A stretch of DNA of 64,000 bases from Carcharhinus amblyrhynchos (Eukaryota), in contig OZ336888.1 of the NCBI GenBank assembly GCA_965287045.1, forward strand, positions 17,670,001-17,734,000. Direction: 5' to 3'. Below, one piece after another: positions 62,868 to 64,000 of the stretch. The translations under genes and the position numbers were made by a program. The notes below the pieces were generated by a model, which worked only from the letters and a program-made list of their open reading frames with translations, had not been told where the DNA came from and did not search any database. Each line of letters starts with the position of its first letter. The stretch's first letter is position 1.

Positions 62868-63357
62868 TTTCTCTGCATCCTCGCCACGCAGTGTAATAAC
62901 AATGTGGTAACCAGAACCGTATTGTTGTACACAGTTCTGGCACAGCCTCTCTGTTTCTCATATTCTGTGCCTCGACTAATAAAGAGAAGAATTCCACATG
63001 CCTGCTTAACATTAAAGGGTCTGTGGACTCCAAGATCCCTCCACTAACTTGTGTGGTTGACATGGTGGGATTCGAACGTGGGTCCCCAGAGCATTTCACT
63101 GGGTTTCTGGATTGTTAGTCTAGTGATAATACCACTATGCCACGTCTCCCCTTTCTCTGCATCCTCGCCACGCAGTGCAATAACAATGTGGTAACCAGAA
63201 CTGTATTGTTGTACACAGTTCTGGCACAGCCTCTCTGTTCTTATATTCTGTGCCTCGACTAATAAAGAGAAGAATTCCACATGCCTGCTTAACTCCCTTA
63301 TTAACATTAAAAGGTCTGTAGATTCCAAGATCCCTCCACTAACTTGTGTCATTGACA
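62779..63357. repeat. ~285-bp tandem duplication (SINE head plus flank)
   Basis: 62779-63062 approximately equals 63063-63357, with one ~12-bp indel. Confidence 0.92.
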
Positions 63358-64000
63358 TTTGAATTTTAGTTATATAAATCCTGCAAACATCAATAGATGA
63401 CTGTGTTTAAAATTACAGACAGAGACAATGTCTTTGGAAAAATAGTGGTCAGGATAATCCTTTCTGCATTAGAAATAATGGATTAAACCGTATATTTACT
63501 GTATGCTGAAATCTTGTGAAATGAAAGTACATGAGAGTTTAGAAGCCCACGTTAATCTTAGGTTGGACTGTCACATTGCATCAGTTGTAAAGACATGATG
63601 GCAGCCAATGTATCCTGATACATGCTGACAAACTAACCAAATGTCGTTTTTACCTTGCTGCTGTTTTATTTTTGTTGACTGAAATGTTTCAGAAGGACAT
63701 CAGAACGTTACTTAAAACAGTTTACTGACGATAAATATCCCATACTTTTCTGTCAGTAATGGCTGGGATGTCAGCCTGTATGGAAAATGACACTCATACA
63801 TACAGGAATAGCCTCCAATGAGGTACTTAAATCAAGAATGTTATGACGAGAGAGAAAGAGACAAGAATAATGGGGAAACTGGTCTGGAGGACTGATTTCA
63901 TCATGTATTTGCCTTTTAAAGTAAGTTACAACAAAAGTTCAATTGCTTATGGTTTCGTTTTACATTCCATTATGCTGACAGAATTATGTAAAAATAGAGA

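Noticed and set aside
4-63358. Remaining 60-120 aa ORFs in the track
   Set aside because: They derive from SINEs (e.g. repeated GSLSVWSLH...GFLPQSKDV) or random intronic sequence and show no recognisable domains.

Overview
Vertebrate nuclear DNA, almost certainly a cartilaginous fish (shark-type HE1/V-SINEs, SacSINE1-like SINEs, CR1/HER1-like LINEs, Penelope remnant). The only protein-coding gene I can support is the 3' part of ANKS1B (AIDA-1/EB-1) on the minus strand. It has eight coding exons (59327-59434, 53287-53466, 49737-49865, 49098-49169, 45758-45844, 41203-41340, 37496-37666, 26288-26401; 999 nt, all phase 0). These encode the end of SAM2, the linker, the PTB domain and the C-terminal PDZ-binding -ETTIF, followed by a ~2.2 kb 3'UTR ending near 24.1 kb. 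Bases 1-24 kb look intergenic and repeat-rich. The most notable observations are: a GC-AG intron; several candidate in-frame cassette exons and two AG|GT recursive-splice-like sites; a LINE+satellite chimera inserted as one unit into a SINE; an inverted duplication with a perfect 112-bp core; a palindromic Penelope remnant with a hammerhead core and 12-bp TSD just past the poly(A) site; a 2-kb polar 20-bp minisatellite; and a tRNA-Lys pseudogene abutting a SINE. I see no clear evidence of a wholly new multi-gene system. Family names and human comparisons are from memory, not database searches, and repeat boundaries are approximate.
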